64,000 bases of DNA from contig NC_086097.1 of assembly GCF_963921235.1 (NCBI RefSeq), positions 21,950,001 through 22,014,000 of the forward strand, in the 5' to 3' direction. Position numbers and translations under genes: made by a program. This document shows positions 61,030-64,000 of this stretch, piece by piece (the stretch's first letter is position 1; every line of letters begins with the position of its first letter). The notes beneath the pieces are model-generated. The model searched no databases. It saw nothing but the letters and a program-made list of their open reading frames with translations, and was not told the origin of the DNA. Origin of the DNA: Mobula hypostoma (lineage: Eukaryota).

Positions 61030-64000
61030 AAGTTATAAGACAATAAGACAAAGGAGCATAATTAGGCCACTTGGTCCATTGTGTATTCTCCATGATTTCA
61101 TCATCATGGCTGATCCATTTCCCTCTCAGCCCCATTATCCTGACTTCACCCCATAACCTTTCATGCCCTGACTAATCAATCTCTATCAACCTCTACCTTA
61201 AATACACCCAGAGACCTGGCCTCCATGGCTGCTTGTGGCAATGAGTTCCACAGATTCACCAGCTTCTGGCTAAAGAAATTCTTCCTCATGTCTGTTCTAA
61301 ATGGATATTCCGCTATTTTGAGGCTGTGCTTTCTGGTCCTAGACACCCCCATGAAAGGAAATATCCTCTTCAAGTCACTCTATCTTGGCCTTCAACATTC
61401 CATCGGCTTCCATGAGATTCCCCACCTCATTCTGCTAAATTCCAGCAAGTTCAGGCCCAGAGTCATAGTCATAGTCATAGTCATACTTTATTGATCCCGG
61501 GGGAAATTGGTTTTCGTTACAGTTGCACCATAAATAATAAATAGTAATAAAACCATAAATAGTTAAATAGTAATATGTAAATTATGCCAGTAAATTACGA
61601 AATAAATCCAGGACCAGCCTATTGGCTCAGGACGTCTGACCCTCCAAGGGAGGAGTTGTAAAGTTTGATGGCCACAGGCAGGAATGACTTCCTATGACGC
61701 TCTGTGCTGCATCTCGGATGAATGAGTCTCTGGCTGAATGTACTCCTGTGCCTACCCAGTACATTATGTAGCGGATGGGAGACATTGTCCAAGATGGCAT
61801 GCAACTTAGACAGCATCCTCTTTTCAGACACCACCGTCAGAGAGTCCAGTTCCATCCCCACAACATCTCTGGCCTTACGAATGAGTTTGTTGATTCTGTT
61901 GGTGTCTGCTACCCTCAGCCTGCTGCCCCAGCACAAAACAACAAACATGATAGCACTGGCCACCACAGACTCGTAGAACATGCTCAGCATCATCCGGCAG
62001 ATGTTAAAGGACCTCAGTCTCCTCAGGAAATACAGACGGCTCTGACCCTTTTGTAGACAGCCTCAGTGTTCTTTGACCAGTCCAGTTTATTGTCAATTCG
62101 TATCCCCAGGTATTTGTAATCCACCACCATGTCCACACTGACCCCCTGGATGGAAACAGGGGTCACTGGTACCTTTGCTCTCCTCAGGTCTACCACCAGC
62201 TCCTTAGTCTTTTTCACATTAAGCTGCAGATAATTCTGCTCACACCATGTGACAAAGTTTCCTACCGTAGCCCTGTACTCAGCCTCAACTCCCTTGCTGA
62301 TGCATCCAACTATGGCAGAGACTTCGATCACTGCTCATATGATAACCTTTTCATTCCCAGAATCACTCTCGTGATCCTCATTTGTACCCTCTCCAATGCC
62401 AGCACATGCTTTCTTAAAGACTGCTCGTAATACTCAGTGAGGCCTCACCAGAGCCTTGTACAGCCTCAGCATTACATCCTTGCTTTCAGATTCTAGTCCT
62501 CTTGAAATGAATGCTAACATTGCATTTATCTTCCTCACCACTGATTCAACATGGAAATTAACCTTTCAGAAATCCTTTACAAGGGCTCCCAAAGTCCTTT
62601 GCATCTAGGATTTTTGAATTTTCTCTCCATTTTGAAAATAGTGGACCTTTTTATTTCTTCTACCAAAGTGCCTGACCATACACTTCCCAACACTATATTC
62701 CATCTGCCCCTTCTTTGCCCATTCTCCTAATCTGTCTTAGTCCTTTTGTAGCCTCTCTAATTCCTTAAAACTACCTGCACTTTCACCTATCTTTGTATCA
62801 TCCACAAACTTGGTCAGAAAGCTATCAATTCTGTCATCCAAGTCATTGACATGTAACGTAAAAGCAGTTCTAACACAGACCCCTGTGGAACACCACTCAT
62901 CACCAGCAGCCACCAAAAAGGCTCCCTTTATTCTCACACTTTGCCTCCTACCAATCAGCCATTGATTTATCCATGTTAGTATCTTTTCGGTAAACCATGA
63001 GCTCTTAACTTGTTAAGCAGCCTCATGTGTGGCACCTTGTCAAAGGCCTGAAAATCCAAGTACGCAACTTCAACCAATTCTCCTTTGTCTATCCTGCTTG
63101 TTATTTCTTCCAAGAATTCCAACAGATTTGTCAGGCAAGTTTTTTCTTAAGAAAACAATGCTGACTACAGCCTATTTTATCATGTGCCTCCAAGTATCCA
63201 GAAACCACATCCTTAACAATCGACTCTAACATCTTCCCAACCACTGAGGTCAGGCTAATTGGCCTACAATTTTCTTTCTTTTGCCTCCTTTCCTTCTGGA
63301 GGAGTGGAGTGACATTTACAAATTTCCAGTTCTCTCGAACCAAGCCTGAAACTATTGATTCTTGAAAGATCATTACTAATACCTCCACAATCACTTCAGC
63401 TATCTCTTTTAGAACCCTGGGGTGCAGTCCATCAGGTCCAGGTGACTTATTTACCTTCAGACCTTTCAGTTTCCCAAGCACCTTCTCCCAAGTAATAACA
63501 ACTGCTCTCACTACTGCCCCATGACACTCTCAAACATCTGGCATATTACTAATGTATTCCGCAATGAAGACTGGTGTAAAATACTTATTTGGTTCGTCCT
63601 CCATTTCCTTGTCCCCCATTTCTATCTCTCTAGCATCATTTTCCAGCAATCCAATATCTACCCTGACCTCTCTTTTACCCTTTATATCTCTGAAAAAAAC
63701 TTTGGTATCATTTTTGATATTATTGACCAGCTTACCTTCATATTTCATCTCCCTCCCCTTATGTTTTTTTTCAGTTTCCTTCTGTTGGTTTTAAAAAAAT
63801 TCCCACTCCTCTAACTTTCCACTAATGTTTGCTATATTATATGCCCTCTCTTTTGCTTTTATGTTGGCTTTGGCTTCCCTTATCAACCACAGTTGCATTA
63901 TCCTGCCTTTAAAATACTTCCTCATCTTTGGGATGTATCTATCCTGAGCCTTCTGAATTGATCCCAAAAACTCTAGCGATGGCTGCTCTGCTGTCATCTT
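61030..64000 (-). mobile_element. CR1 ORF2, decayed, running off the window and interrupted by a Rex1/Babar copy
   Basis: KSPGPDGLHPRVLKE, RPISLTSVVGK, KFVDDTK; 3' end at 61030-61460. Confidence 0.88.
61461..62322 (-). mobile_element. Rex1/Babar LINE 3' part with (GACTAT)n tail
   Basis: WCEQNYLQLNVKKTKELVVD, YKYLG, FYESVVAS...TERHRKSFLPVAIKLYN. Confidence 0.9.

Overview
Repeat-saturated vertebrate genomic DNA. The repeat complement suggests a cartilaginous fish, probably a batoid ray (inference). The only recognisable host coding sequence is one 194-nt internal exon of ADCK1 (57335-57528, + strand), so most or all of the window is probably ADCK1 intron. The rest is a nested mosaic of transposable elements: many CR1 LINEs (one near full length with an esterase ORF1), Rex1/Babar-like LINEs, an RTE fragment and Penelope-like elements (PLEs) with GIY-YIG and RT remnants. 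There are two Gypsy LTR families: a young Gmr1/SCAN-gag type with a perfect tRNA-Pro PBS plus a related solo LTR, and a decayed Mag-like element. It also holds tRNA-derived SINEs, Tc1, Tigger-like and hAT pieces, and mini/microsatellites. The most interesting signals are: (i) a dispersed family of minimal type-I hammerhead ribozymes in the PLE terminal repeats, three with intact catalytic cores and two of those sense to the ADCK1 pre-mRNA; (ii) two tiny head-to-head retro-insertions with target-site duplications that form long hairpins; (iii) a pri-miRNA-shaped hairpin in non-repetitive intron; (iv) a copy of flanking DNA templated into the middle of a LINE. Boundaries of decayed elements are approximate (tens of nt), and family names come from motif recognition, not a database search.
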